Assembly: GCA_019694955.1 (NCBI GenBank)
Contig: JAIBAX010000021.1
Location: 989 to 64,988, forward strand
Length of the DNA: 64,000 nt
Direction of reading: 5' to 3'
From: Chitinophagales bacterium
GTDB lineage: Bacteria; Bacteroidota; Bacteroidia; Chitinophagales; JADIYW01
Part shown: positions 45,550 through 55,622 of the stretch, in pieces
How the letters are laid out: every line of letters begins with the position of its first letter
Position numbering within the stretch: position 1 is the first letter of the stretch
Notes under the pieces: model-generated
What the model was told of the DNA's origin: nothing
Seen by the model: the letters and a program-made list of their open reading frames with translations, nothing else
The model's database searches: none
Translations under genes and position numbers: made by a program

Positions 45550-46662
45550 ATGAAGAAAGCTTTAATAACTGGTATTACGGGACAAGATGGTGCGTATTTG
45601 GCTGATTTGTTATTGTCAAAAGGCTATGAGGTTCACGGAATAAAAAGAAGGAGTTCCTTGTTTAATACTGACCGGATTGATCATATTTATCAAGACCCCC
45701 ATATCGACAATGTAAGGTTTAAGTTGCATTTCGGAGATCTCTCCGATTCTACTAACCTCATTCGTATCATTCAAGAAGTCCAACCGGATGAAATATACAA
45801 TTTAGGCGCCATGTCTCATGTGAAAGTTAGTTTTGACACACCGGAATACACTGCAAATGTGGATGCCGTTGGTTCATTAAGGCTATTAGAAGCGATACGT
45901 TTATTAGGTTTGGTGAATAAAACTAAATTGTATCAAGCTTCTACTTCTGAGTTGTATGGTAAAGTACAAGAAATTCCGCAATCAGAAAAAACACCTTTTT
46001 ATCCAAGATCGCCGTATGCGGTAGCGAAAATGTACGGCTACTGGATAACAGTCAACTACCGTGAAGCATATGGCATTTATGCTTGCAATGGCATTCTATT
46101 CAACCATGAAAGTCCTCTAAGGGGAGAGACATTCGTAACCAGAAAAATTACCAGAGGCGTTTCTAAAATAGCTTTGGGGCTACAAGAAAAATTGTATTTG
46201 GGCAATTTAAATGCAAAACGCGACTGGGGACATGCAAAAGACTATGTAGAAGCCATGTACTTAATCCTACAACAACCTGAACCGGAAGATTATGTTATTG
46301 CTACCGGCGTTACTACCGAAGTACGCGATTTTGTTAGAATGTCCTTTCAGGAAGTAGGCATAGAAATTGAGTTCAAAGGCTCAGGAGTAGATGAAAAAGG
46401 ATATATTAAAGCATGTAATAACCCTAAGTATCAGGTTGAAATAGGGAAAGAAGTGGTTGCTATCGACCCGAGATATTTCCGCCCAACGGAAGTGGATTTG
46501 TTGATAGGTGACCCGACAAAATCAAAAACAAAATTGGGGTGGGAACCAAAATACGACTTGAAAGCATTGGTGCAAGACATGATGGCAGCAGATATTCAAC
46601 TCTTTGAAAGAGATAAGTACCTCAAAGAAGGTGGCCACCAAGTCTTCCAATATCACGAATAA
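45550..46662 (+). CDS. gmd: GDP-mannose 4,6-dehydratase
   Basis: 370 aa with [10 protein letters not shown] and the SDR catalytic YAVAK. Confidence 0.97.
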   Translation: MKKALITGITGQDGAYLADLLLSKGYEVHGIKRRSSLFNTDRIDHIYQDPHIDNVRFKLHFGDLSDSTNLIRIIQEVQPDEIYNLGAMSHVKVSFDTPEYTANVDAVGSLRLLEAIRLLGLVNKTKLYQASTSELYGKVQEIPQSEKTPFYPRSPYAVAKMYGYWITVNYREAYGIYACNGILFNHESPLRGETFVTRKITRGVSKIALGLQEKLYLGNLNAKRDWGHAKDYVEAMYLILQQPEPEDYVIATGVTTEVRDFVRMSFQEVGIEIEFKGSGVDEKGYIKACNNPKYQVEIGKEVVAIDPRYFRPTEVDLLIGDPTKSKTKLGWEPKYDLKALVQDMMAADIQLFERDKYLKEGGHQVFQYHE

Positions 46663-46683
46663 TCAACATTCAAATTTTTGCTC

Positions 46684-47634
46684 ATGCAAAAAAACGCTAA
46701 AATATATATTGCCGGACACAAAGGAATGGTCGGCTCCGCTATTCTTCGAAATTTAGAACGAGAAGGATTTACAAACATCATTACACGCAACTCTAAAGAA
46801 CTCAACCTGATCAACCAACAGGATGTACATGACTTCTTCAGAGAAGAAAAACCAGATTATGTATTTCTCGCTGCTGCCAAGGTTGGAGGTATCCATGCTA
46901 ACAATACTTTCAGGGCCGAATTTTTATATAATAACCTCATGATGGAGTGCAATGTGATACATGCCGCTTACCTGAGTGGCGTGAAGAAGCTCCTCTTTTT
47001 GGGCAGCACTTGTATTTATCCAAAGTTGGCACCCCAACCATTAAAAGAAGAATATCTGCTTACCGGAACATTAGAGCAAACCAATGAACCTTATGCTATT
47101 GCAAAAATTGCCGGTATTAAACTCTGTGAATCTTATCGCCGACAATATAATTGCGACTATATCTCTGTCATGCCTACCAATTTATACGGACCTAATGACA
47201 ACTATGATTTGAACAACTCTCATGTGTTGCCGGCATTGATACGCAAATTCCATGAAGCTAAAATCCAAAACCTACCTTCTGTAACCATTTGGGGTTCAGG
47301 AACACCGCTGAGGGAATTCTTACATGTCGATGATTTAGCAGCAGCCTGTATTTTCCTTATGGAAACTTATTCAGATGAAGGCCTTGTAAACATTGGTGTT
47401 GGAGATGACATCACCATCAAAGACCTCGCACTACTGATAAAAGATATTGTGGGATATACCGGAGACCTGACTTTTGATGCGACAAAACCGGATGGCACAC
47501 CCAGAAAACTGGTGGATGTCAGTAGATTGCATAGCCTAGGTTTTATAGCAAAGATTGGATTAAGGGAAGGTATCACATCCGTTTACAAGGACTTTTCTAG
47601 AGATTATGATAAGATAGCCGCAGGAATCCGTTAA
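46684..47634 (+). CDS. fcl: GDP-L-fucose synthase
   Basis: It has [11 protein letters not shown] and YAIAK motifs and follows gmd. Confidence 0.95.
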   Translation: MQKNAKIYIAGHKGMVGSAILRNLEREGFTNIITRNSKELNLINQQDVHDFFREEKPDYVFLAAAKVGGIHANNTFRAEFLYNNLMMECNVIHAAYLSGVKKLLFLGSTCIYPKLAPQPLKEEYLLTGTLEQTNEPYAIAKIAGIKLCESYRRQYNCDYISVMPTNLYGPNDNYDLNNSHVLPALIRKFHEAKIQNLPSVTIWGSGTPLREFLHVDDLAAACIFLMETYSDEGLVNIGVGDDITIKDLALLIKDIVGYTGDLTFDATKPDGTPRKLVDVSRLHSLGFIAKIGLREGITSVYKDFSRDYDKIAAGIR

Positions 47635-47636
47635 TT

Positions 47637-47936
47637 ATGGCATTCAAATATAGTCCGCATACATTAAAAAAAATAGAAACCATCTTCCAACAATTAAATT
47701 ATATCGTTCGCTATGAAAAAGGGCGGTTTAATTCAGGTTTTTGTGTCTTAGAAGACAAAAGAGTGGTCGTCGTCAATAAATTCTTCGATGTTGAAGCCAG
47801 AATAAATACATTGATTGAGATTCTTAATCAGATAGAAATAGATGTTTCAGGACTAGATGATAAAAACCTGAAATTTTACAAAGAACTCACTAAGTCAGAT
47901 GATACTCAGATGGCATTAGAACTACCATCAGAATAA
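47637..47936 (+). CDS. Hypothetical small protein
   Basis: 99 aa, tightly packed between fcl and the MBL gene. No family was recognised. Confidence 0.45.
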   Translation: MAFKYSPHTLKKIETIFQQLNYIVRYEKGRFNSGFCVLEDKRVVVVNKFFDVEARINTLIEILNQIEIDVSGLDDKNLKFYKELTKSDDTQMALELPSE

Positions 47937-47943
47937 TTTTACC

Positions 47944-48711
47944 ATGACTAAAATAACTATTCTTGGCAGTGGCACATCTACAGGCGTTCCTGTAATAACG
48001 TGCAAATGTAATGCCTGTGTCTCAACTGACAGCAGAGATAAGCGAACAAGGGTTTCCGTGTTAATAGAAACGAATAATCAAACCATTGTTATCGATACCG
48101 GGCCGGATTTCAGGCAGCAGATGTTGCGGGAAGATGTTCAGGATTTAGATGCAGTTTTAATAACACATGCCCATAAAGACCATATTGCAGGGTTGGACGA
48201 TATCCGCCCATTCAATTACTTAAAAAACAAACACATTGATGTCTATTGTGAGCCTTCTGTAGAAGCAGCGCTCAGGAGGGAATTTCCATATATCTTTGAA
48301 GAAAAAGACCCTTACCCCGGTGTTCCGAAACTTTCTATACAAACTATCGGTGAGGAAAAATTCTTTATTGGTGATGCCTGCTTTATCCCAATAAGGGCTA
48401 TACACCATAAGATGCCCGTTCTAGGATTTAGAATGGGCGATTTCACTTATATTACAGATGCCAATTTTATCGATGACGCCAATTTAGCTAAAATCAAGGG
48501 ATCGGAAACTTTAGTCATCAACGGTATACGTTGGGAAGCCCACTACTCGCACTATAATGTAGCGCAGGCGATAGAGGTAATTGAAAAGGTGGGGGTGAAA
48601 CGTGCATTTCTGACACATATCTCGCATAATCTCGGTCCACATGCTGAAGCAGAACAGAAACTGCCTTCCCACATTAGCATTGCCTATGATGGAATGGTAT
48701 TAGAAGTTTAA
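47944..48711 (+). CDS. MBL-fold metallo-hydrolase
   Basis: It has the HAHKDH (HxHxDH) motif and is 255 aa. Confidence 0.85.
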   Translation: MTKITILGSGTSTGVPVITCKCNACVSTDSRDKRTRVSVLIETNNQTIVIDTGPDFRQQMLREDVQDLDAVLITHAHKDHIAGLDDIRPFNYLKNKHIDVYCEPSVEAALRREFPYIFEEKDPYPGVPKLSIQTIGEEKFFIGDACFIPIRAIHHKMPVLGFRMGDFTYITDANFIDDANLAKIKGSETLVINGIRWEAHYSHYNVAQAIEVIEKVGVKRAFLTHISHNLGPHAEAEQKLPSHISIAYDGMVLEV

Positions 48712-49466
48712 TCTATACACATCTCTTTTAATTCCTTCATGGAGCCTTTGAAAACATTATAATCCGTTTTGGCTTCGATACCGTTCACATTTCCCCTGTC
48801 ATTGTGTTGCCAAAACACCCATCTATTTGAATGAATGCGGGGTTTTCGTGTGTAGTAGTGTGCTACCCAGATGGGGTATTTTTCAAAACCTTCTTCAAAA
48901 TATTTATGATAATAATCTGCGTTGCAATATAAAATAGGCGTTGTATGATATTCCTCCTGCCAAAGGGCTAAAATCTTGCGCACACGTTCACGGAGTGCAC
49001 TTTTTGATAAACCACCGTGTTCCTCAACATCCAAAACTGGCGGAAGATCTCCAGAAGCAAGCTTGGCATAATTGATAAAGTTTTTAGCTTGTTTTGTAAC
49101 ATCAACATTTGGCTCAAAATAATGGTACGCTCCCTTTATAATACCTGCATTCTTCGCACGCTTGCTATTTATTTTATATGTCCAATCCTTGTAATACCTC
49201 CCTTGGGTTGCCTTTATAAAAGCAAAAGAAATTTGTACATGTCCCGTTTTCATTTCAGCCACTTCTTTCCAATTGATATTGCCATTGTGGTGGGAAACAT
49301 CAATACCATGTACAGTATAGTCCTTAGGAACAGCAATTCCAAGAGACGGATAATAAATAGAAGCAGGGAATGCTAACCAGTATGCAATATATAATGCTGG
49401 TACAGCCAGTATTATGGCTGTCCATTTTAGAAATTGTGGTAGTATTCTTCGCATAAAACTAGCCAC
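48708..49466 (-). CDS. GH25 family muramidase (lysozyme), membrane-anchored
   Basis: It has GIDVSHHNGNINW and an N-terminal TM segment. The start is either the GTG at 49466 or the ATG at 49454. Confidence 0.85.
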   Translation of the reverse strand: MASFMRRILPQFLKWTAIILAVPALYIAYWLAFPASIYYPSLGIAVPKDYTVHGIDVSHHNGNINWKEVAEMKTGHVQISFAFIKATQGRYYKDWTYKINSKRAKNAGIIKGAYHYFEPNVDVTKQAKNFINYAKLASGDLPPVLDVEEHGGLSKSALRERVRKILALWQEEYHTTPILYCNADYYHKYFEEGFEKYPIWVAHYYTRKPRIHSNRWVFWQHNDRGNVNGIEAKTDYNVFKGSMKELKEMCID

Positions 49467-49505
49467 AAATTAAGGTTATTTCTCGAATAATAGCGGCATT
49501 TAATA

Positions 49506-49847
49506 TTACATCCAAGCTGGAACTTCCTGAGGAAATCTGATACGCAACCCATTGATGTCCTCACTAATTTTTATCTGACAAGTCAACCTACACAGCCCAT
49601 TATAGCAGGGCAATGTTTCTAACATAGCCATTTCTTCATCTTGCGGTTCAAGGATGCAGGTATCTTTTGCGTTGAGCACTTCCACTCTACAAGTAGCACA
49701 AAGTGCCATTCCACCGCAAGTAGCTTCGATGGGATACCCTTCTCCTTTTAACACTTCCATCAGCGACATGCTTACGCCTAGAGGAATTTCCATTTCAGTT
49801 TCTATTCCGGGTTCTTTCTCAATGTATATTTTAATACTTTCCAACAT
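49506..49847 (-). CDS. 2Fe-2S ferredoxin (adrenodoxin-type)
   Basis: It has CGGMALCATCRV plus a distal Cys. The ATG at 49847 sits 1 nt after the FNR stop. Confidence 0.85.
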   Translation of the reverse strand: MLESIKIYIEKEPGIETEMEIPLGVSMSLMEVLKGEGYPIEATCGGMALCATCRVEVLNAKDTCILEPQDEEMAMLETLPCYNGLCRLTCQIKISEDINGLRIRFPQEVPAWM

Positions 49848-49848
49848 A

Positions 49849-50862
49849 TTAGAAACTTTCAATTCCGTTAACAGTAGTATATTTCATGGTATATTTCTTG
49901 TTGGGGAAGATAATTTTGTAAGCGGCGTGTGCCATCAGTGCCGCCTCATGGAATCCACAAAGAATTAATTTGAGTTTATTCTCATAGGTGTTGATATCGC
50001 CAATGGCAAAAATTCCCGGAACGTTGGTAGAATAATCTTTTGTATCTACCTCTATGGCAATTTTATCGACATTTAATCCCCAGTTAGCGATAGGCCCTAA
50101 TTTGGGACTTAAACCGAAAAGTGGGAGGAAATAATCTACTTCAACAGTAGTTTTTTCTCCTTCTAATGTTTCAACCACTACACTTTTCAATGTTTCATCG
50201 CCACTAATTTCTGTGACATTGGCTTTCAGATGGAGTTTCAGTTTACCTTCTTCATCTAGTTTCTTTACTTTATCAGCAGAATCCGGAGCACCACGGAAGG
50301 TTTCTCCGCGATGTACCAGATGTAATTCCTTGGCAACGTCCGCCAAAAATATAGACCAGTCCAATGCTGAATCGCCACCACCTGAGATAACTACTTTCTT
50401 GTCTCTAAATTTTTCAGGATCCAAAACCATGTAGTCGATACCTTTATTTTCAAAGGCTTCCAGATTAGCAATCGCTGGCTTTCTTGGCTCAAAACAGCCC
50501 AATCCTCCCGCTATGGCTACCACCTTACAGGCTACTGTTGTACCGAGATGTGTCGTAACAATAAAACTACCATCTTCTTGTTTGTCAACAGTTTCCACAC
50601 GTTCGCCGAGTGTAAATGTCGGATTAAAGGGTTCTGCCTGTTTCATAAGATTATCTACCAATTCCTGCGCGCCCACGATAGGATATCCCGGTATATCATA
50701 AATAGGTTTTTTAGGATAAATCTCGGATAATTGTCCCCCAACCTGTGGAAGATAATCGATGAGGTGGCAACGCAACTTTAGTAAGCCTGCTTCAAATATG
50801 GCAAACAAACCAACGGGTCCCGCACCGATGATACATATATCTGTATGAATAGTCTTTGACAT
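49849..50862 (-). CDS. Ferredoxin-NADP reductase, thioredoxin-reductase-like type
   Basis: It has IIGAGPVG (FAD) and GGGDSALD (NADPH) motifs. The Met at 50862 is preferred. Confidence 0.9.
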   Translation of the reverse strand: MSKTIHTDICIIGAGPVGLFAIFEAGLLKLRCHLIDYLPQVGGQLSEIYPKKPIYDIPGYPIVGAQELVDNLMKQAEPFNPTFTLGERVETVDKQEDGSFIVTTHLGTTVACKVVAIAGGLGCFEPRKPAIANLEAFENKGIDYMVLDPEKFRDKKVVISGGGDSALDWSIFLADVAKELHLVHRGETFRGAPDSADKVKKLDEEGKLKLHLKANVTEISGDETLKSVVVETLEGEKTTVEVDYFLPLFGLSPKLGPIANWGLNVDKIAIEVDTKDYSTNVPGIFAIGDINTYENKLKLILCGFHEAALMAHAAYKIIFPNKKYTMKYTTVNGIESF

Positions 50863-51008
50863 AACAACGAATTGAACACGTAAAAATATTAACTTACCAA
50901 TGAAAACCATTTAACTAAAGATTAATAATTAGTTATTTAAAATGTGCCAAAAAATGTTTTTCATCGCAGAATTATAAACTTTTTACCTATTTTAGTGAAA
51001 AAATAAAC

Positions 51009-51986
51009 ATGGAAACAAAATACGGCTTCACCTTATTTTCAATTGAAGAATTTGAACAATGGATTAAAAATCTCAATGTTGCCAGAACGATATTATTCGT
51101 TCAGGAACACCATACTTATAGTCCAAGCTATGTTCACTTTAATGGTGCCAATCATTTAGACCTGCAAAAACGCATGAAAAACTTTCATGTAAACGAAAGA
51201 GGTTGGAATGATATCGGTCAACATTTTACGACCTTCCCTGATGGCAAGATTGCTACTGGCAGAAGTTTGGAAAACTCTCCAGCATGTATTTCTTATAGAA
51301 ACTCTAATGCGATATGTATTGAGAACCTTGGAAATTTTGATGCCGGTGGTGATGCCATGAAAGACCTTCAGAAAAATACCATCGTTAGGATGACCGCAGC
51401 GTTGTGTAAGAAATTTAATGTTCCTGTTGATGTAAATCATGTTGTTTACCATCATTGGTTTGATCTCGGTACAGGATCTAGGATAAATCCTAAATCGACA
51501 AAATCATGCCCCGGCACTGCCTTTTTCGGTGGGAATACAGAAGCAGCAGCTATTTCCGGATTTTATCCCTTGGTAAAAGCCGCTATTAGTGGCGCCTCGT
51601 CTGGGCAACCGCTGCCTTCGATGATAAAATATGGTATGGTAAATGCAGACACTTTAAATATCAGAAGCACACCCAACGCACAAGCAACCAAATTAGGCAC
51701 TGCATCCATGGGTGCAATTTTAAGGATTTATGAAATGAAAGAAGGTTGGTATAGAATTTCTAATACCAAACAAGAATGGGTAAATGGAAACTATGTTAAA
51801 GATGTGTTCCGCGCAAAAGTGAATGCTGATATTTTAAACATTAGAACGGGGCCTGATGCCACCTATAATAAAATTGGTACGCTTGAAAAAGGGGCAGAAG
51901 TATTCATTCTGAAAGAAGAAAACGGGTGGTCGCAAATAAGCTTAGAAGAAAAATGGGTGGCTTCTAAATATTTAGATCGCCAATAA
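51009..51986 (+). CDS. N-acetylmuramoyl-L-alanine amidase (amidase_2/PGRP) with two SH3b-like domains
   Basis: The N-terminal amidase_2-like region reads EHHTYSP..H.....CPG. The C-terminus has two repeats of the type LNIR..P......IG...... Confidence 0.8.
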   Translation: METKYGFTLFSIEEFEQWIKNLNVARTILFVQEHHTYSPSYVHFNGANHLDLQKRMKNFHVNERGWNDIGQHFTTFPDGKIATGRSLENSPACISYRNSNAICIENLGNFDAGGDAMKDLQKNTIVRMTAALCKKFNVPVDVNHVVYHHWFDLGTGSRINPKSTKSCPGTAFFGGNTEAAAISGFYPLVKAAISGASSGQPLPSMIKYGMVNADTLNIRSTPNAQATKLGTASMGAILRIYEMKEGWYRISNTKQEWVNGNYVKDVFRAKVNADILNIRTGPDATYNKIGTLEKGAEVFILKEENGWSQISLEEKWVASKYLDRQ

Positions 51987-52046
51987 TTTGACTAACTCGT
52001 TACATTACATTTGGTGTCGTAATCACTTAAATTTTTTAATATCAAA

Positions 52047-52075
52047 GAAGGTGTCTTGTCGACAAAGACACCTTC
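52047..52075. terminator. Strong hairpin between convergent genes (bidirectional terminator candidate)
   Basis: GAAGGTGTCTT-gtcgaca-AAGACACCTTC. Confidence 0.6.
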
Positions 52076-52130
52076 ATGAAATAGTATATCAATGTTATTC
52101 GGTCGTCTTTTTGGCTGGTTTAGATGTTAT

Positions 52131-52361
52131 TTACACTCTTTTCCAGTGTCCTTCCACCCATACATACCTGTTCAAACGAGGACTCCAATCATAGTGACCT
52201 TCTATCCAGATAAAATCAGGCCCTGGTCTATCCGGTTTAACTACTACAACATGTGTTGGAGCAGGTCTTCCAATACAAACTTTTACTCTTGCCCCTCCGG
52301 CATACGAATGTGCCATATTTAACAAGAAGAGTAAGGATAATAATAATGACACTTTTTTCAT
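52131..52361 (-). CDS. Small secreted YXWGXW-repeat-like protein
   Basis: 76 aa with a signal peptide. It has two FIWIEGHYDW / YVWVEGHW repeats. Confidence 0.55.
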   Translation of the reverse strand: MKKVSLLLSLLFLLNMAHSYAGGARVKVCIGRPAPTHVVVVKPDRPGPDFIWIEGHYDWSPRLNRYVWVEGHWKRV

Positions 52362-52515
52362 AATAATGTATTTTATTGTTCAACCATTGTATGATGATTT
52401 GACCATTGAAAAGAAAAATGGTTTAATCGAAAAAAAAAAATTTATAAACGCTTGTACTTTTAAAATTATCATATACTTTTACCGTTGAAATCAGGGAATC
52501 TAAAAAACAATTATC

Positions 52516-52920
52516 GTGATAAAGAAAAGAGTAATAGTTGATTACAAAAACGTACCGGACGAGGTACTTCAGGCGTTATCAGAAAAGTATCCGCATGGAT
52601 ATACAAAAGCCATCGTTAAATTCACCAATGCTAAAAATGAGGTGGTGTCCGCAGTTCCTATTGAGATTGGAGATACCGCTTATATGGTGAAAGTAAGTAC
52701 ACAACTACAGAAGATGGTCGACAATTTTGACGCTGATGATGATTTCGATCCTTTAGCAGATGTAGGACTGGATGATTTGGGCGATTCCTTGAAAGATGTT
52801 GAGGACGATTTAGGTGATGATGATGATGTAGCTGATGATGGCTCAGATGGGTTTGATGAAGCTTTAGATGGCGAAGAAGACTATGATGATGACGATGAAG
52901 GAGACGAGGAAGATTACTAG
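52516..52920 (+). CDS. Hypothetical protein with an extremely acidic D/E-rich C-terminal tail
   Basis: 134 aa with a GTG start. The C-terminal ~60 aa are mostly D/E/G. Confidence 0.5.
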   Translation: MIKKRVIVDYKNVPDEVLQALSEKYPHGYTKAIVKFTNAKNEVVSAVPIEIGDTAYMVKVSTQLQKMVDNFDADDDFDPLADVGLDDLGDSLKDVEDDLGDDDDVADDGSDGFDEALDGEEDYDDDDEGDEEDY

Positions 52921-52944
52921 TTAAAGTAACAATAATAAGAATAT

Positions 52945-52973
52945 AATGGGGCAATCTTTACAGATGCCCCATT
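52945..52973 (+). terminator. Hairpin terminator candidate overlapping the 3' end of the convergent gene
   Basis: AATGGGGCA-11 nt-TGCCCCATT is followed by a T-rich run. Confidence 0.45.
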
Positions 52974-53413
52974 ATTATTTTAAAGATTTTGATGCTGGCA
53001 AAGATTATCAAAGCAAACATCAATAGAAACGCAATAAATATTACCCCCAAAATACCCCACGCACTACCTTGATGTTTTCCTTCATGGAAATGTTCATGCA
53101 TGAGTTGTACATTTCTAGTATTTGATTTATAAAACAAATCAAAAAGATCGCCCAACAGAGGAATTTCTCCAACCGTAGTATCCAATATAATATTGCCCAA
53201 CATTTTAGCAACTACCTTACCAGATGCCCCTTCTTTGATCATAAAGACAATCAATCCTGAAGAAATTATCATAGATGCTAAATCGCCCAATCCAGGAATG
53301 AGACCAATTATTGAATCTAACCCGAAGCGTATTTGAGTTCCCGGTATGCGAAACTTGCTGTCTAAAAGTCTGGCAACTTTATCAATTCTGACAAGATTTG
53401 GCTTCCTTGTCAT
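52958..53413 (-). CDS. DUF4112 domain membrane protein
   Basis: The signature is LLDSKFRIPGTQIRFGLDSIIGLIPGLGDLAS. Confidence 0.8.
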   Translation of the reverse strand: MTRKPNLVRIDKVARLLDSKFRIPGTQIRFGLDSIIGLIPGLGDLASMIISSGLIVFMIKEGASGKVVAKMLGNIILDTTVGEIPLLGDLFDLFYKSNTRNVQLMHEHFHEGKHQGSAWGILGVIFIAFLLMFALIIFASIKIFKIIMGHL

Positions 53414-53418
53414 AATAA

Positions 53419-53883
53419 TTAATCTTCAAAAACAATCATTGGCAAGTCTACCAAATTGGCTTCCTCCTCTGATTCATCAAAAATACCTAATATACCTCCA
53501 GAAGAATTGGCTACTCCAACAGCTAAAGATTTTAGATTCTTTATCAACATACTAGCGAATCTTTTGTCTAATTTTGGTAAGATGTCGTTAAGCTTGCTGA
53601 GTTCAGCACTTACTTTCATAATTACCTCATTTGTATCGCCGGCGTATCTCTCCTCTACCGATTGCAATACATTATCAAAGGTCTTGTACACCTCTTTAAA
53701 ATAATCAAATAGCAGGGCATCTCCATTTGTTTGGCGAAACTTCATGGCATTTCTTGCACGTTCCCTTTCACTATTGTTGAAATTACCATCTGCTTTTCCA
53801 ATTAATAAGGCAACCAATGCCGGAGCTTCCAAACAAAGGGTTCTCTCTTCTTCTGTTAAATGACTTAATCTTTCCACGCTCAT
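53419..53883 (-). CDS. Hypothetical protein (TerB-like helical fold suspected)
   Basis: 154 aa. The suspicion rests only on IGKADGNFNNSERE-type motifs, so this is a weak call. Confidence 0.45.
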   Translation of the reverse strand: MSVERLSHLTEEERTLCLEAPALVALLIGKADGNFNNSERERARNAMKFRQTNGDALLFDYFKEVYKTFDNVLQSVEERYAGDTNEVIMKVSAELSKLNDILPKLDKRFASMLIKNLKSLAVGVANSSGGILGIFDESEEEANLVDLPMIVFED

Positions 53884-54124
53884 TTTATCACAATTTATGC
53901 TCCAAAAGTAAAAAAATTATATGATTTGGAGTTTTAAAGTAATGTAATCTATTTCTAATCATGAATTATACATCGTAATAATACTAAAAAACCAACAATT
54001 ATAATCCGATTTTAACTTTAAATTGTCTTTGACAAAGAAAAATCTTTAACGCATCTTTACATCATCAATTCAATCACGACCTCAGTTACCCCCCTTTTCA
54101 GCAGCGGGCTTCAGTAAAATGAAG

Positions 54125-54228
54125 CCCGCTGTCGTAGTAATAACTACGTTGAGGACAGAAAAATGAGTACAGAAATAGATATGAAGTAGAATTTTCTTGC
54201 AGTAAATTTCTAATGCTTTTTCTGGGTT
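54125..54228 (-). mobile_element. MITE-like repeat family A, copy A3 (one TIR end plus core)
   Basis: Its reverse complement starts AACCCAGAAAAAGCATTAGAAATTTACTGCAAG... A 67-nt core is identical to A2. The far end is replaced by a GC-rich hairpin at 54102-54131. Confidence 0.6.
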
Positions 54229-54283
54229 TATATTATTCCATCATCCATTTGGGAATCAATATTGAATATTCTATGTTTGTGTC

Positions 54284-54907
54284 ATGAACAAAATTATAAT
54301 ACCCCCAACTATTGATACATTAATCTTTGATTTGGGGAATGTAATCCTGCAACTCACCGACGATAAATATTGGGAACAGGAAATTTTTGGGAAACTTTTC
54401 TATCAAGAAGATTTAAAATCTCTTAGAACGCAGCATTTTTTTGAGCATTTTGAATGTGGCAAAATTACTGAACAGGTTTTTTTGAATACATTGAAAGAAA
54501 AGCTTATTGAACCCATGGAAGACGAAACATTGATACAAGCCTGGAACTTGCGTATTTCATACTGCCCAAAGGAAAATATCGAGCAGTTGCAAGCTTTGAA
54601 AGACAGGTACTCATTATTCCTTCTGAGCAATACCAATATTATTCATGAAAGATATTTCTTGCATATTTTAGAAAATGAATTTGGATATCCGGTATTTGAT
54701 GAGGTTTTTGAACAGTGCTTTTATTCGCATCATATGGGTATGCGCAAGCCCAATAAAGAGATTTATACTGGTGTGTTAAATGCAACAGGAAAGCTTCCGG
54801 AGAAATGTTGCTTCTTTGATGATATGCCGGAGAATTTGCTTGCTCCTGCTGAATTAGGGCTGGAGGTTGTGCTGATAACCTCTACAAAGGATATTTTAAG
54901 TATTTAA
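54284..54907 (+). CDS. HAD family hydrolase
   Basis: It has LIFDLGNVIL (motif I variant), LLSNTN and a FFDDMPEN motif. Confidence 0.8.
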   Translation: MNKIIIPPTIDTLIFDLGNVILQLTDDKYWEQEIFGKLFYQEDLKSLRTQHFFEHFECGKITEQVFLNTLKEKLIEPMEDETLIQAWNLRISYCPKENIEQLQALKDRYSLFLLSNTNIIHERYFLHILENEFGYPVFDEVFEQCFYSHHMGMRKPNKEIYTGVLNATGKLPEKCCFFDDMPENLLAPAELGLEVVLITSTKDILSI

Positions 54908-54913
54908 TATAAA

Positions 54914-54950
54914 ATATCCCTTGAAGGGTTCTCAACCCTTCAAGGGATAT
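54914..54950. terminator. Bidirectional terminator (17-bp perfect stem)
   Basis: ATATCCCTTGAAGGGTT-ctc-AACCCTTCAAGGGATAT lies between the convergent HAD and hsp20 genes. Confidence 0.75.
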
Positions 54951-54957
54951 AACATCA

Positions 54958-55407
54958 TTACGCAATAGCGATTGTCTTGTTTTTCTTTTCGACTTGAACA
55001 ATTTTTTTAGGGATACTGACATGTAAAATACCATTTTCATATTTGGCTTCTATATTATCGGTATCGATGGATTTTTCGTTCAGTGTGAAAGAGCGCTTAA
55101 ATGTACTGTAGTGAAATTCCTTCCTTACATAGTTTTCTTTCTCCGCTTTTTCTTCTTTTTCTTCTTTTTTGGACGAGGAAATGGTAAGGATATTATTTTC
55201 TACATTTACCTCAAAATCCTCTTTTGAAAACCCCGGAACCGCCATTTCAAGTGAAAATTCCTTTTCAGTCTCTTTGATATTAACTGATGGTGCCCAAGAT
55301 GCTCTTTGATACACATTCAAGTCATCAAAAAGATCTCTGCTTAAGAAATCATCAAAAAAACCTGCAAATGTGGGGTTTGTGCCGTGCTTAAATTTAATAA
55401 GTCCCAT
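54958..55407 (-). CDS. Hsp20/alpha-crystallin small heat-shock protein
   Basis: The alpha-crystallin domain includes VNIKETEKEFSLEMAVPGF...GILHVSIPK. The Met at 55407 is preferred. Confidence 0.9.
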   Translation of the reverse strand: MGLIKFKHGTNPTFAGFFDDFLSRDLFDDLNVYQRASWAPSVNIKETEKEFSLEMAVPGFSKEDFEVNVENNILTISSSKKEEKEEKAEKENYVRKEFHYSTFKRSFTLNEKSIDTDNIEAKYENGILHVSIPKKIVQVEKKNKTIAIA

Positions 55408-55622
55408 AATTATATATTTTTTGTTAGTAAATAATTTTGATGTATCATATTCAAAGTTTATTCCAACAAGCTTTTTCGTACATTTTGACAAGAAACAATA
55501 TCAAAATGCGCCATTATGTCTTTTTTGTATTGAAACATAAGACATTTTGTCCGAATTCAGTTTTTTAAAGTAGAATAATGAAAAAGTGAAGGAATCTTTG
55601 TAAACTTGTTCTACTTTTTATT

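Noticed and set aside
48708-51986. Prophage remnant, suggested by a lysozyme plus an endolysin-like amidase with SH3b domains
   Set aside because: There are no integrase, capsid, tail, holin or terminase genes. The hydrolases are separated by housekeeping-type redox genes and have anchor or secretion features of cellular enzymes.
51988-52322. Two plus-strand ORFs (68 and 76 aa) after the amidase gene
   Set aside because: They run through a strong terminator hairpin (52047-52075) and lie antisense to the secreted YXWGXW-like gene, which has a signal peptide and internal repeats.
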